Shown in pieces: positions 49,072 to 59,907 of a stretch of DNA of 64,000 nucleotides. The DNA is from Candidatus Kapaibacterium sp. (GTDB lineage: Bacteria; Bacteroidota; Ignavibacteria; Kapaibacteriales; UBA2268): assembly GCA_963664875.1 (NCBI GenBank), contig OY761611.1, forward strand, positions 992,001-1,056,000, written 5' to 3'. Under the pieces are notes generated by a model. The model was not told the origin of the DNA and did no database searches. It saw only the letters and a program-made list of their open reading frames with translations. How positions within the stretch are numbered: the first letter of the stretch is position 1; each line of letters begins with the position of its first letter. Both the position numbers and the translations under genes were made by a program.

Positions 49072-49543
49072 TTTTCTTTTTTGCTCTTAATTGTTTAAAA
49101 AAATCTTTCAACATGGCGGAGGACTCTTCACTCAAAATACCATATTCCACATTGCAGCGATGATTCAACCTATCATCACTTATAATATTAAATAAGCTGC
49201 CACAAGCACCCGTTTTTGGATCTCGGGCAGCTATCATAACATTGTCTATCCTCGAAAGAACAATCGCCCCTGCACACATCGAACATGGCTCTAATGTTAC
49301 ATAAAGAGAACAGCCGATAAGATGTTTGTGACCATAAGCCTTCACTGCTTCGTTTATTGCTATAATCTCAGCATGTGCTAAAGGGTCTTTGAGCTCTTCG
49401 ATTCTGTTGTGTGCCTTAGATATTATCTTATTGTCAAAAGTAATAACTGCACCAATAGGAACATCACCTGTTTTTAAAGACTCTTTTGCTTCAAGCAACG
49501 CTATCCGCATAAAATATTCATGGTCAGGTAGATTCAAAATCAA
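49061..49543 (-). CDS. tadA: tRNA adenosine(34) deaminase
   Basis: DVPIGAVI, AHAEI, LYVTLEPCSMCAGA, DPKTGACGS, FFKQLR. Confidence 0.93.
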   Translation of the reverse strand: MILNLPDHEYFMRIALLEAKESLKTGDVPIGAVITFDNKIISKAHNRIEELKDPLAHAEIIAINEAVKAYGHKHLIGCSLYVTLEPCSMCAGAIVLSRIDNVMIAARDPKTGACGSLFNIISDDRLNHRCNVEYGILSEESSAMLKDFFKQLRAKKKNAT

Positions 49544-50691
49544 ATTTGCCCCATTTTTCTGATGCCGTCAATGATTGTTTCGTCCTTTTTAGCGAAACAC
49601 AAACGCAGCATTGACTTCCCTTCATCTGATTTCCCATAGAAAATTGATGGTGGTATAGTCGCTACTCCGAGTTCTTTTACTAATTTAGTTGCACACTCTA
49701 CATCGTCAGCAAATCCGGCAGGAATATCAACCATAATAAAATAAGATCCAAAAGCGTTATGAGCTTTGAATTTGGTCTTGTCAAGCTCTTCCAACATTAA
49801 ATCTCTTTTTGCTTTATATTCTTTCTGGAATGAAGGCAAATATGTTTCCATCTGACTAAATCCATAAGCCATAGCATGCTGGCCGGGTGTATTCACAGCG
49901 AAAGTCGTCCACTGGTGTACGCCTCTTATAGCCTCTGTGATCTCGGCATTAGCACAAATATATCCAATCTTCCAACCCGTCATTCCAAATGTTTTGCCTG
50001 TTGATGAGACAGTTATAGTTCTGTCTTTCATGCCTTCAATTGTAGCCGTAGGGATATGCATTTTTTCACCGTAAGTCAGGAACTCATATACTTCGTCTGA
50101 AAGCACAAGCAAATCATTTTCGATAGCAATCTTGGCAATACTCTCTAGCTCTTCTTTAGAAAACATTTTTCCTGTCGGATTGTGAGGAGTATTGATTATT
50201 ATCATTTTTGTTTTATCTGTAACTGCTTTTTCCAACTCATCTAATTCAAAAGTGAAGTCAGGTTTTTTCAAAGTTACATATTTAGGAATTCCGCCTGCCA
50301 ATATTACATCAGCTTGATAGGCATCGTAAAACGGCTCGAACATTACGACTTCATCTCCAGCCTCGACAAAGGCATGAACAATACTGTAAAGACCTTCAGT
50401 TGCCCCTGCAGTAATTGTCATTTCAGTCAAAGGGTTCCAATCAAGATTGTAATATTTTTTCTCTATCTCAGCGATATTCTGTTTGAGCGACATTATACCC
50501 GGTGAAGGTGCATATTGATTTTTGCCTTCTTTCATTGCTTGGTAAGCCATTTCAGGTAACCACGCCGGTCCGTCGAAATCAGGAAAGCCCTGTCCCAAAT
50601 TAGTTGCCTGATATTCGAAAGCTAATCTGCTCATAGTAGAAAAAATTGACTCAGGAATACCCGATAGTTTCTTATTGGCATATTTATGCAT
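49540..50691 (-). CDS. Class I/II PLP aminotransferase (YbdL/kynurenine aminotransferase-like)
   Basis: NLGQGFPDF, NTPHNPTGK, SDEVYE, SSTGKTFGMTGWKIG, RLCFAK. Confidence 0.92.
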   Translation of the reverse strand: MHKYANKKLSGIPESIFSTMSRLAFEYQATNLGQGFPDFDGPAWLPEMAYQAMKEGKNQYAPSPGIMSLKQNIAEIEKKYYNLDWNPLTEMTITAGATEGLYSIVHAFVEAGDEVVMFEPFYDAYQADVILAGGIPKYVTLKKPDFTFELDELEKAVTDKTKMIIINTPHNPTGKMFSKEELESIAKIAIENDLLVLSDEVYEFLTYGEKMHIPTATIEGMKDRTITVSSTGKTFGMTGWKIGYICANAEITEAIRGVHQWTTFAVNTPGQHAMAYGFSQMETYLPSFQKEYKAKRDLMLEELDKTKFKAHNAFGSYFIMVDIPAGFADDVECATKLVKELGVATIPPSIFYGKSDEGKSMLRLCFAKKDETIIDGIRKMGQI

Positions 50692-50823
50692 AGTATTTCT
50701 CAAAAATATTTTAATTCGTCTAAGCAAAAATAAAAATAATCGTCGCTATAGAAAAAATTTTCTACTTAAATCATTGTCTATGAATATAATATTATTATCT
50801 TAGTGAAAATTGGAGACACAGGT

Positions 50824-52953
50824 ATGGATTTTGAAAATATTAGCAAGGAAGAGCTGATAAAAGAGATTAGTCAGCTCAAAATGGCTCTTGCAGAACAAGA
50901 ATTGGAAAAGGAAAATAAAATTTCCCGAGATCTGTTTCAATCTCCCAAATCAACTGAGATAACTATTGATATTCCAAACGACGGGCAGGGCAAAATTTTG
51001 CTTGTTGACGATAGCCCCGTTACGTTAAGACTTATAAAAAAGTATTTAGAAAATCAAAACTTCGAAATAGACACAGCTATTAACGGTTTAGAAGCCGTTT
51101 CTAAAATTTACGGACATAATTACGATTTGGTTGTTCTCGACGTTATGATGCCCTTTATGGACGGATTTCAGGTATGTGCAAAGATTCGAGAGGAATACTC
51201 TTTATTCGAGCTGCCCATATTGTTTTTAACTTCTCTCAATGAAATTTCTGAAATAATCAAGGGTTTCAATCTCGGTGCTAACGATTATCTTTCTAAACCC
51301 TTTAAGCAGGAAGAACTTATCGCAAGAGCTAAAACTCTGGTCAAACTAAAAAAACTTACGATGGACAATCTTTACTTGCAGGATTCAGTAGATCAGAAAA
51401 ACAAATTACTTTCTAAACTTCAATCTGAAATTTCGGAAAGAAAAAGAATTGAAAGAGAACTTATTGACGCAAAAAATACTGCTGACGCTGCAAACAAATT
51501 TAAAAGCGAATTTGTTGCTAATATGTCTCATGAAATCAGAACTCCAATGAACGCAATTTTGGGTTTTACAGAACTTCTAAAAAAGCGTGTGGCTCATGAC
51601 GAAAAAAGCAAGGAATATTTGGAAAATGTAAACTCTTCAGGCAAAACTCTATTGAGGCTAATCAATGACATACTTGACCTGTCAAAAATCGAAGCTGATA
51701 AAATAGAATTGCACTATGAGCCTGTAGATCTTAGAAATATAGCGAAAGAAGTGAAAAATATTTTCAGTCTTAAGGTGGAAGAAAAAGGACTTGCTTATAA
51801 AGAAGAGCTTGATACAGAGTTGCCTGTTTTTGTTAGCCTTGACGAGGCCCGCTTCAGACAAGTGATAATAAATTTGATGGGCAATGCAGTAAAATTTACT
51901 GAGAAAGGACACATTGGCTTTAGGATTGAACTAATAAATTCGCATGTTGGTAGAAATAAAATCGATTTTGCGATTGAAGTTATCGACAGTGGCATCGGAA
52001 TACCGAAAGACCAGCAGGATTTGATTTTTGAAGCATTTAAACAGCAGGAAGGTCAAAGCGTAAAAGCTTATGGAGGCACCGGACTGGGACTTGCAATCAC
52101 AAAACGTCTTACAGAGATGATGGGTGGCACTATAAAACTATTTTCAGAGAAAGATAAGGGAAGTACTTTTAGAATAGAGTTTTACAATATCGACATTGCC
52201 GAATCTGACAACATAATTCAGGACACAGCCACTGAAACCATAGACTATGACACTGTTCGATTTAAAAAAGCAAGCATAGTGCTCGCAGACGATGTAGAAC
52301 AAAACAGAATGTTGATTTCTGAATACCTTACCGATTCCGATATCGAAATATTCACTGCAGAAGACGGGCATCAGGTAGTTGACAAAGCTAAAAATAATCT
52401 GCCCGATGTTATTCTCATGGATCTTAAAATGCCTAATCTCGACGGTTATGGTGCAAATCGAGCAATTAAAGCGATACCACATCTAAAAGGAATACCGGTT
52501 ATTGCACTAACAGCTTATGCAATGACCACCGATGTCGAAAAAATTAAGACAGAAGGATTTTCAGGATTTGTCAGCAAGCCTGTGCAAAAAGATAGTCTTT
52601 TTGCAGAACTTATGAAATATTTGCCTTTTGAAATAGTTGCTGTTACTAAAGACGAAGCACAAAATACGTCAAATACAAATGCTGATTTTTCAATTCCAAA
52701 TGCTATCGAGGTCAAACAGCATCTTATTGACAATTTCCTGGGTAAGGCAAAAGAATTAGAAAACGCTCCAATGATAGGTGAAATCAAATCCTTTGGTGAA
52801 AGTCTAAAAGAGTATGCTGAATCAATCAATTTTGACGCTCTAATCAGATACAGTAACGAATTGATTTCCTTTTGTGATCGTTTTATACTCGATAAAATGG
52901 CAGACCATTTAGGCTCATTCGAAAATTTAATCAATCAGATTACCGATAGGTAG
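50824..52953 (+). CDS. Cytoplasmic hybrid histidine kinase (REC-HisKA-HATPase-REC plus helical tail)
   Basis: ILLVDD/LDVMMP/KP receiver; [12 protein letters not shown]; GNAVKF, DSGIGI, GGTGLGL; second receiver LADD/MDLKMP/KP; no TM helix. Start may be GTG 50803. Confidence 0.93.
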   Translation: MDFENISKEELIKEISQLKMALAEQELEKENKISRDLFQSPKSTEITIDIPNDGQGKILLVDDSPVTLRLIKKYLENQNFEIDTAINGLEAVSKIYGHNYDLVVLDVMMPFMDGFQVCAKIREEYSLFELPILFLTSLNEISEIIKGFNLGANDYLSKPFKQEELIARAKTLVKLKKLTMDNLYLQDSVDQKNKLLSKLQSEISERKRIERELIDAKNTADAANKFKSEFVANMSHEIRTPMNAILGFTELLKKRVAHDEKSKEYLENVNSSGKTLLRLINDILDLSKIEADKIELHYEPVDLRNIAKEVKNIFSLKVEEKGLAYKEELDTELPVFVSLDEARFRQVIINLMGNAVKFTEKGHIGFRIELINSHVGRNKIDFAIEVIDSGIGIPKDQQDLIFEAFKQQEGQSVKAYGGTGLGLAITKRLTEMMGGTIKLFSEKDKGSTFRIEFYNIDIAESDNIIQDTATETIDYDTVRFKKASIVLADDVEQNRMLISEYLTDSDIEIFTAEDGHQVVDKAKNNLPDVILMDLKMPNLDGYGANRAIKAIPHLKGIPVIALTAYAMTTDVEKIKTEGFSGFVSKPVQKDSLFAELMKYLPFEIVAVTKDEAQNTSNTNADFSIPNAIEVKQHLIDNFLGKAKELENAPMIGEIKSFGESLKEYAESINFDALIRYSNELISFCDRFILDKMADHLGSFENLINQITDR

Positions 52954-52962
52954 GAGAATATT

Positions 52963-54081
52963 ATGCAAGCGAGAAAACCTAAAATCTTTATAGTTGACGA
53001 CATTATGAAAAACCTGCAGGTAATCGGTGGAATACTTATGGAGGAATCCTTTGATATTGCCATGGCTACTAACGGCACTCAGGCACTTAATATGGTGAAA
53101 AATATAATGCCTGATTTGATTCTTCTTGATGTAATGATGCCTGACATGAATGGATATCAGGTTTGCGAAAAACTGAAAAGCGATCCGGAATTGGCACATA
53201 TTCCTGTTATTTTTCTTACTGCCAAGTCTGACACCGAAGATATTATACAAGGTTTCAAAATCGGTGGCGTTGACTATATCACTAAGCCTTTCAAAAAAGA
53301 AGAGTTACTTGTAAGAATTAAAACGCATATAGATTTAAAATTTGCAACTGATACTATCCGAAGACAAAATGCAGAGTTGACCAAATTAAATGAAGAAAAA
53401 AACGAATTCCTTGGCATCGCTGCACACGACCTCAAAAATCCGCTTAGTGCGATCATGGGACTTTCAGAATTGATGCTAAGAGAAGACATGGAGTTTGGTA
53501 TCGATGATATGAAAGAATTTACAAATGATATCAATACTTCTGCCGTTCAAATGTTTCGATTGGTTACGGATTTGCTCGACGTAAATGCAATCGAACAGGG
53601 TAAGATAAATTTACTATTAGAAAATTTCCCTCTTGCCAACGTCGTGGAAGATTGTTACAAAAATTACCAAAAGCGTGCATCTGATAAATCAATTAACTTA
53701 ATCTTTGACAACCAAGTTGCTGATACAAACTGCTTTGCAGATTCTGCCAAAGTAGGCCAAGTAATAGACAATCTTGTATCCAATGCCATTAAGTTTTCTC
53801 CTTATGATAAAAATATTTACCTATCTGTTATTGACGGAGAAGAATACCTGATAGTAGAAGTTAAAGACGAAGGCCCGGGTATATCTGAAGAAGACCAAAA
53901 AAAGATGTTTACCAAATTTCAAAAACTCTCTGCAAGACCGACAGGAAACGAAAACTCTACCGGTTTAGGTTTATCAATAGTCAAAAGATTAGTCGAAGAA
54001 ATGAAAGGAACAATTGAAGTTAAATCAGAACTTGGCAAGGGTGCAGCATTTTTGCTGGCATTACCAAAAGCAAAAGATTAA
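52963..54081 (+). CDS. Cytoplasmic response-regulator/histidine-kinase hybrid (REC-HisKA-HATPase)
   Basis: IVDD, LDVMMP, KP; AAHDLKNPL; NLVSNAIKF, DEGPGI, STGLGL. Confidence 0.93.
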   Translation: MQARKPKIFIVDDIMKNLQVIGGILMEESFDIAMATNGTQALNMVKNIMPDLILLDVMMPDMNGYQVCEKLKSDPELAHIPVIFLTAKSDTEDIIQGFKIGGVDYITKPFKKEELLVRIKTHIDLKFATDTIRRQNAELTKLNEEKNEFLGIAAHDLKNPLSAIMGLSELMLREDMEFGIDDMKEFTNDINTSAVQMFRLVTDLLDVNAIEQGKINLLLENFPLANVVEDCYKNYQKRASDKSINLIFDNQVADTNCFADSAKVGQVIDNLVSNAIKFSPYDKNIYLSVIDGEEYLIVEVKDEGPGISEEDQKKMFTKFQKLSARPTGNENSTGLGLSIVKRLVEEMKGTIEVKSELGKGAAFLLALPKAKD

Positions 54082-54299
54082 ATCTGACTTAGCTGCATAA
54101 TTTCTCGTGCCATACTTGTTTTGGAGTCTATAACTCGATTAACATTTAACCTGTGATATAATTTGATTGCATGCAGCTTTTATCTCTATATTTTACGATA
54201 TTCAATGTTTTGCACATCTGAAAAATTCAGATTATAATTAGCTTGCTTAGCTGTATATTTGCGAAAATACTAAACTCCAACTTATATTTTCGGACAAGC

Positions 54300-56453
54300 A
54301 TGAAAGTAGCGGTTATATATAATAAATCGGATATATCACAAGATGATGTAATCAATTTTTTCGGTATCAGAAACAGAGAATTTTACAGTAAAAAAATAGT
54401 TGAAAAGGTTACGGCTTCTCTCGAATCCGAAGGGCACAATGTAAGAATAATCGACGGCAATAAAGATGTCATTGCCAAATTGCAATCTTTCATGCCTAAG
54501 GTGATGCTTGGTGAATTTCCGGGCATGGTTTTCAACATGGCTTACGGCATACAAGGTCAAAGCAGATACACTCACATACCTGCCATGCTTGAAATGATGG
54601 GAGTACCTTACGTAGGCAGTGGACCTGCCGCTCATGGTATTGCCTTAGATAAAGTAATGACAAAAATCGTGTTCCAGAGATTTAATCTCCCGACACCTGA
54701 ATATACCGTTATCACCGGATATGATTACGAAATCGGGGACCTGAAGTTCCCTCTTATTGTCAAACCGCGTAGTGAATCAGTCTCCATGGGCATGAAAGTA
54801 GTCCAAAACGAAACTGAACTAAAAGAAGCGGTTGCCGAACTTCTTGACAATCATATTTCTGTGTTTGTAGAGCGTTTTATCCCGGGCAGAGAGTTCTGTG
54901 TAGGTCTCCTCGGTAATGAGCCTAATCTTGAGATATTGCCTGTCGTAGAAATTGGTTTAGATTCTCCTGAGGCTATACAAACTTACGATCACAAAATGAA
55001 AGCACCTATGGCAAAAATATGCCCGCCTGCTTTGTCTCCGGAAAAGATGAATGAAATCAGAGACTTATCCCGCAGAGCCTTTAATTCACTTGGATTATGT
55101 GACTACGCCCGTGTTGATTTCAGAATGGATGCTGATGGCAATTTTTATTTATTAGAAATCAATTCCATGGCATCGCTCGGTCTTTCAGGTTCCTTCTACC
55201 ATTCAGCAGTTGTTGCCGGTTACACTTACGAAGGTTTGATAAACAGGATACTTGAGCATGCTTCATTGAGATATTTCGGCTCCAGCTACCAACAGAATCC
55301 GGATATTATCGGAACAACAACAGACAACATCAAATCCAACAAAACAGCAAGAATCCGTAGCTATATACGTAGCCAGATGGGTACAGTCGAAGACCTCATA
55401 GATAAATTTGTAGCTGTAAGCTCAAATGCTTATAATTCGGAAGGTGTTAATTATCTTAACAAGAACATAGCAAAAATGCTAAATCAGTTAGGCTTCGAAA
55501 AACAAATATTCCCCCAAACAGAAGTCGGCGACATTTACTATTTTAAAAACCATAGTGAAGAAAATGACGATGTATTGCTTTTTGCACATAGCGACACAGT
55601 TTCCGATTATCGTAACCATCTAAGTATATACCACGAACAAAACAAAATATTTGGTTCAGGCATAGCAGAAAGCAAAGCCGGGCTTGCTATAATGATTACA
55701 GCACTTAGAACTCTCAAATTTACTAAAACACTAAAAAAATTGAAAATTGGTATCCTACTGATGAGCGATGACACCATCGGAGGTCATTTCAGCAGAGATA
55801 TAGTCAAAGAGCGAAGCACTAAAACAAAAAAAATAATCGGACTGAAAAACGGCACTCCAGAAGGTGCTTTCTATTCCTCTTGTTCCGGCAAGCTGAAATT
55901 TCGAATAGATTACTCTGTAATCGAAGACGGAAGCTCGCTACTTAGGCAATATGTCAACTTTTTGAATAAGATAAATAAATTACCCGAAACTATAGCGACA
56001 AGAGTGCGAATAGACAAATCAGACTATAATTACATATCAGAATCGAATATTTTTCAGTCAACTATCAAAGTAACATTATCTTTCGACTCTGTAGCTCTAA
56101 AAGAGCAAATAGAACAAAAAGTAAAAGAATTTGCAAAACCTAATGCAAATACTAATATAAAACACAATATCAAAAGACTTCTCAATCGCAAACCTTTAAC
56201 TTCAGAAAGCAGAAATGAAACTTTCTGCCTAAAAATAAACAACCTTGCAAAAAAATTAGAAGTTAATACAGCCGAAGCACATTTAAATATTTCGTCAAAT
56301 ATTTGTAATGTCATTCCTAATGTTCCGGCAATTGAAGGAATGGGTGCCTTAGGAGGTAATTTGAGGACAAGGAAAGAATTTATCTTGAAGGATAGCCTTT
56401 TGGATAGGACTGTGCTGCTAACTATGCTTTTAGACAGTTCTAGCGAAGAATAG
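54300..56453 (+). CDS. D-Ala-D-Ala-ligase-like ATP-grasp domain fused to an M20 peptidase-like domain
   Basis: VFNMAYG, PYVGSG, LDKVMTK, IVKP..ESVSMG, ERFIPGREF, YARVDFR, LEINS; C-terminal FAHSDTV, GSGIAESKAG, IEGMGALGG. ATG 54300 follows a TATATTTG element. Confidence 0.85.
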   Translation: MKVAVIYNKSDISQDDVINFFGIRNREFYSKKIVEKVTASLESEGHNVRIIDGNKDVIAKLQSFMPKVMLGEFPGMVFNMAYGIQGQSRYTHIPAMLEMMGVPYVGSGPAAHGIALDKVMTKIVFQRFNLPTPEYTVITGYDYEIGDLKFPLIVKPRSESVSMGMKVVQNETELKEAVAELLDNHISVFVERFIPGREFCVGLLGNEPNLEILPVVEIGLDSPEAIQTYDHKMKAPMAKICPPALSPEKMNEIRDLSRRAFNSLGLCDYARVDFRMDADGNFYLLEINSMASLGLSGSFYHSAVVAGYTYEGLINRILEHASLRYFGSSYQQNPDIIGTTTDNIKSNKTARIRSYIRSQMGTVEDLIDKFVAVSSNAYNSEGVNYLNKNIAKMLNQLGFEKQIFPQTEVGDIYYFKNHSEENDDVLLFAHSDTVSDYRNHLSIYHEQNKIFGSGIAESKAGLAIMITALRTLKFTKTLKKLKIGILLMSDDTIGGHFSRDIVKERSTKTKKIIGLKNGTPEGAFYSSCSGKLKFRIDYSVIEDGSSLLRQYVNFLNKINKLPETIATRVRIDKSDYNYISESNIFQSTIKVTLSFDSVALKEQIEQKVKEFAKPNANTNIKHNIKRLLNRKPLTSESRNETFCLKINNLAKKLEVNTAEAHLNISSNICNVIPNVPAIEGMGALGGNLRTRKEFILKDSLLDRTVLLTMLLDSSSEE

Positions 56454-56477
56454 CAACCCAAACTGCAAATTGTTATG

Positions 56478-56516
56478 AAAAAAGCAACTACCATTTATTT
56501 TGATAGTTGCTTTTTT
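56478..56516. terminator. Bidirectional terminator (ATP-grasp gene / tRNA-Val)
   Basis: AAAAAAGCAACTA...TAGTTGCTTTTTT. Confidence 0.85.
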
Positions 56517-56521
56517 GTTTG

Positions 56522-56596
56522 TGGGATCTACTGGAGTCGAACCAGCGACCTCTACCGTGTCAAGGTAGCGCTCTAGACCAACTGAGCTAAGACCCC
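56522..56596 (-). tRNA. tRNA-Val(GAC)
   Basis: GGGGTCT/AGATCCC acceptor stem, TAGCTCAGTTGG D arm, CTACC-TTGACAC-GGTAG anticodon arm, GGTTCGACTCC T arm; CCA not encoded. Confidence 0.97.
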
Positions 56597-56645
56597 TAAA
56601 AATACAGGGAAGAGAATTCACATAATCTTCCCTGCAAATATAATA

Positions 56646-57203
56646 TTAATCCATCAATTCTTTCTCTTTTTTTGCAAGAGCTTCATCGATTTTTTTGATG
56701 TAATCATCAGTATATTTTTGCACTTCAGTTTCGCCGCGTTTTCTGTCGTCTTCAGTAACTTCTTTGGATTTTTCTAATTTTTTCAAATCATCCATAGCTT
56801 CTCTTCTGATATTTCTGATTGCAATTTTGCCGTCTTCAGCATATTTCTTGCAAACTTTGACGTACTCTTTGCGTCTTTCTTCAGTGAGTGGCGGCACAGG
56901 GATTCGGATAATATTACCGTCATTCTGAGGGTTAAATCCTAAATCAGCAGATTGTATAGCTTTTTCTATATCTGAAATCTGACCGCGGTCAAACGGTTGA
57001 ATCACAATAGTTCTTGCATCAGGAGTAGAGATAGTTGCAGCTTGAGACAATGGAGCTTGAGAACCGTAATAATCAATTTTAATACCATCAACAAGCGAAG
57101 CAGAAGCTCTTCCTGTACGAACTTTACTCATCTGAGATGAAGTAAACTCTAAAGATTTTACCATTTGATCTTTAGTTCTGTCATATAATTTTTGTAAAGG
57201 CAT
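56646..57203 (-). CDS. frr: Ribosome recycling factor
   Basis: RTGRAS, DYYG, LGFNPQNDG, PPLTEERRKE, IRNIRR. Confidence 0.98.
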   Translation of the reverse strand: MPLQKLYDRTKDQMVKSLEFTSSQMSKVRTGRASASLVDGIKIDYYGSQAPLSQAATISTPDARTIVIQPFDRGQISDIEKAIQSADLGFNPQNDGNIIRIPVPPLTEERRKEYVKVCKKYAEDGKIAIRNIRREAMDDLKKLEKSKEVTEDDRKRGETEVQKYTDDYIKKIDEALAKKEKELMD

Positions 57204-57205
57204 CA

Positions 57206-57934
57206 CTAATCCTGTTTGATATTTTTAACAGTTGTACCTATTTCTTCACCCATGATAAGGCGTTTGAAGTTGCCCTTATCATTGATATTGAAAACCTTAA
57301 TAGGAAGATGGTTTTCGTTGCAGAGAGTAATAGCCGTATGGTCCATAACTCTCAAATTTTGTGCAAGCACTTCTCTGTAAGAAATTGTATCAAATTTTAC
57401 AGCATCGGGATTTTTCTCAGGGTCAGAGTCATAGACTCCGTCAACTTTAGTCCCTTTGATTATCACTTCAGCTTCAATTTCGATAGCACGAAGCACTGCA
57501 GCAGTATCAGTAGTAAAATATGGATTACCAGTACCGGCACCGAAAAGCACAACACGATTTTTTTCAAGGTGTCTGATAGCTCTTCTTCTTATCATAGGTT
57601 CAGCGATTTGTTCCATCTTAATTGCAGTTTGAAGCCTTGTAGGCACATTAAGAGCCTCAAGAGCATTCTGGAAAGCAATACAGTTGATAACAGTCGCAAG
57701 CATTCCCATGTGGTCGCCGGAAACTTTATGTATCCCGTGAGCAGCGGCTTGAATACCTCTAAAGATGTTCCCGCCGCCAATCACAATACCAATCTGTACA
57801 CCTAAACTGTGAACTTCAGCGATTTCAGCTGCAAAAGATTGCAAAGTAACCGGATCAATACCAAAATGTTGGTCGCCCATTAGGGCTTCCCCACTTAATT
57901 TCAGAAGTACTCTTTTAATTTTAGGTGTATCCAT
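57206..57934 (-). CDS. pyrH: UMP kinase
   Basis: [38 protein letters not shown]. Confidence 0.98.
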   Translation of the reverse strand: MDTPKIKRVLLKLSGEALMGDQHFGIDPVTLQSFAAEIAEVHSLGVQIGIVIGGGNIFRGIQAAAHGIHKVSGDHMGMLATVINCIAFQNALEALNVPTRLQTAIKMEQIAEPMIRRRAIRHLEKNRVVLFGAGTGNPYFTTDTAAVLRAIEIEAEVIIKGTKVDGVYDSDPEKNPDAVKFDTISYREVLAQNLRVMDHTAITLCNENHLPIKVFNINDKGNFKRLIMGEEIGTTVKNIKQD

Positions 57935-57969
57935 TTTATATTCTTCTTTTATAATTTTCAAAATTACTA

Positions 57970-58824
57970 TTAACCGCCGATAGCAACGCGAACAAATTGT
58001 TTAACGTTGATTTCTTTGCCGCTAAGTTTCGCAATGTCAGCAACAACGTCTTTGATTTTTTTCTTAGGATCTTTTACAAAGTCCATTTCTACAAGACAGT
58101 TTTCTTCGTAGAATTTGTTCATTTTACCTTCTGCAATTCTTGCAGCGATTTCAGCAGGTTTGCCGGAATCAATAGCACTTTGAGTATAAATTTCTTTTTC
58201 TTTAGCTAAAGTTACTTCATCAACTTCAGAAGTGTGGCTAAATCTTGGATTCATTGCAGCTACCTGCATAGCAATATCTTTTACTAAAGATTTAGCATCA
58301 TCATTCAAGCCATCAGCAGTCATCTCAACCATAACACCTAATTTGGCGCCACCGTGGATATAAGTGCCTACATAGCCTTCGGAAGAGATAATTTGCAATT
58401 CAGCAATTTCGATTTTTTCAGAGAATTTGGCTAAAATATCTTTGTGCAAGTCTTCAATCAAAGTACCGTCAACACTGATTTTCATAAGCTCTTCAGCATT
58501 AGCAGGTTTGTTAGCAAGAGCAGCAGAAGCGATAATTTCAGCAAATTCTACGAAATCTTTGTTCATAGCAACAAAGTCAGTTTCGCAGCTAACCAAAACC
58601 ATAGCAGCTGTTTTGTTGTCATCAGAAGTTTTAGTGCAAACAACACCTTCCGAAGCAGTTCTGTCAGCTCTTTTAGCAGCAGCAGCAGCACCTTTTTTAC
58701 GAAGATACTCGATAGCAGCCTGCATGTCGCCATCAGATTCAACTAAAGCTTTTTTACAGTCCGCCATGCCGGCGCCTGTTTTATCTCTAAGTTCTTTCAC
58801 AGCTTGAGGAGTAATTTGAGCCAT
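57970..58824 (-). CDS. tsf: Elongation factor Ts
   Basis: [35 protein letters not shown]. Confidence 0.98.
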   Translation of the reverse strand: MAQITPQAVKELRDKTGAGMADCKKALVESDGDMQAAIEYLRKKGAAAAAKRADRTASEGVVCTKTSDDNKTAAMVLVSCETDFVAMNKDFVEFAEIIASAALANKPANAEELMKISVDGTLIEDLHKDILAKFSEKIEIAELQIISSEGYVGTYIHGGAKLGVMVEMTADGLNDDAKSLVKDIAMQVAAMNPRFSHTSEVDEVTLAKEKEIYTQSAIDSGKPAEIAARIAEGKMNKFYEENCLVEMDFVKDPKKKIKDVVADIAKLSGKEINVKQFVRVAIGG

Positions 58825-58868
58825 TTTAATATCTCTATATATTATTTACAAAATTAATTTAGGTAATC

Positions 58869-58905
58869 AAAAAAATCTGCAAGTAAGAAAACCTACTTGC
58901 AGATT
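58869..58905 (-). terminator. Terminator/attenuator between rpsB and tsf
   Basis: AATCTGCAAGTA...TACTTGCAGATT with an A run giving a U tail on the minus strand. Confidence 0.7.
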
Positions 58906-58914
58906 CTTTGTTTA

Positions 58915-59781
58915 TTAGTCTTCCATAGAATCAGCAGCTTGAGGTTCTGCGTTGTTAGCATCATCCGACATGTCGTCGTTTTTGTTTTTACGACCTCTCA
59001 TGCGGGATTTTACTTTAGGACCATTTTCGCCTCTGCCGTCATTTTCTTTGCTCATTTGCTCGCTTGAAGCGGCAAGTTCAGCCTGACGAACTTTAGCGAT
59101 TTCAGATCCTTCTTTAATAGCGTCAGCCAAAATTGAAGAAATGAGTTCAATAGTTTTTACTGAATCATCATTTGCCGGAATAGGATAATCGACTTCTTCA
59201 GGATCAGTATTAGTATCAACTATAGCGAAAACTGGGATACCTAAGATTTTAGCTTCTTTGATTGCAAGGTGTTCTTTTTTGATATCAACAACAAAAATTG
59301 CACCCGGTAATCTTGTCATATCTTCGATACCGCCAAAAACTTTGCGAAGTCTGTCTCTTTCGCGTCCAAGTAGTAATCTTTCTTTTTTAGTAACTTTTTC
59401 AAACGTACCATCTACTTCCATTTTGTCAATAGCAGTAAGACGTTTGATTGATTTGCGGATAGTTTGGAAGTTAGTAAGCATACCACCCAACCAGCGTTCG
59501 CAAACATAGTTGATGCCTATGTTGTTTGAAACTTCTTCGATTATGCCTTTTGCCTGCACTTTTGTACCGACAAACATAATTGTTTTGCCTTTACGAGCGA
59601 TATCATTCATCGCTTCGCGTGCATAATTCAAAAGAATTTGCGTTTTACGAAGGTCGATGATATGGATGTTGTTTCTTTCAGCGAAGATAAATGGTTGCAT
59701 CTTCGGATTCCAACGGCGAGTCAAGTGCCCAAAATGTGCACCTGCTTCTAACAGTTGTTCTATTTCAACATAATTTTTCAT
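58915..59781 (-). CDS. rpsB: 30S ribosomal protein S2
   Basis: [37 protein letters not shown]. Confidence 0.99.
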   Translation of the reverse strand: MKNYVEIEQLLEAGAHFGHLTRRWNPKMQPFIFAERNNIHIIDLRKTQILLNYAREAMNDIARKGKTIMFVGTKVQAKGIIEEVSNNIGINYVCERWLGGMLTNFQTIRKSIKRLTAIDKMEVDGTFEKVTKKERLLLGRERDRLRKVFGGIEDMTRLPGAIFVVDIKKEHLAIKEAKILGIPVFAIVDTNTDPEEVDYPIPANDDSVKTIELISSILADAIKEGSEIAKVRQAELAASSEQMSKENDGRGENGPKVKSRMRGRKNKNDDMSDDANNAEPQAADSMED

Positions 59782-59802
59782 TATATTCTCCTAATTTAAA
59801 AA

Positions 59803-59896
59803 GTGTTTAGCTTCTGTTTTGGTCAGCTTGCCCGTCGAACATTCATATCCGCAGATAAATGCAACACCGGGGCAATCGCAAAACATGATCTGTAAC
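59803..59896 (-). promoter_or_regulatory. rpsB (S2) autoregulatory leader RNA, t44-like
   Basis: Minus-strand stems TGTTTTG/CAAAACA and TTGCCC/GGGCAA, apical hairpin, and possible pseudoknot GTGTT/AACAC just before rpsB. Confidence 0.65.
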
Positions 59897-59907
59897 AAAA
59901 ATAAATA

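Noticed and set aside
54300-55350. Housekeeping ddl or a van resistance ligase
   Set aside because: Lacks the GGxSxE and HGxxGEDG motifs, is fused to an M20-like domain, and has no mur or van context
54300-56596. Genomic island integrated at tRNA-Val
   Set aside because: No integrase and no duplicated tRNA 3' end found in the window
57308-58807. Long antisense ORFs over pyrH and tsf (165, 126 and 100 aa), and similar shadow ORFs elsewhere
   Set aside because: Fully antisense to conserved genes with no motifs; expected codon-bias shadows
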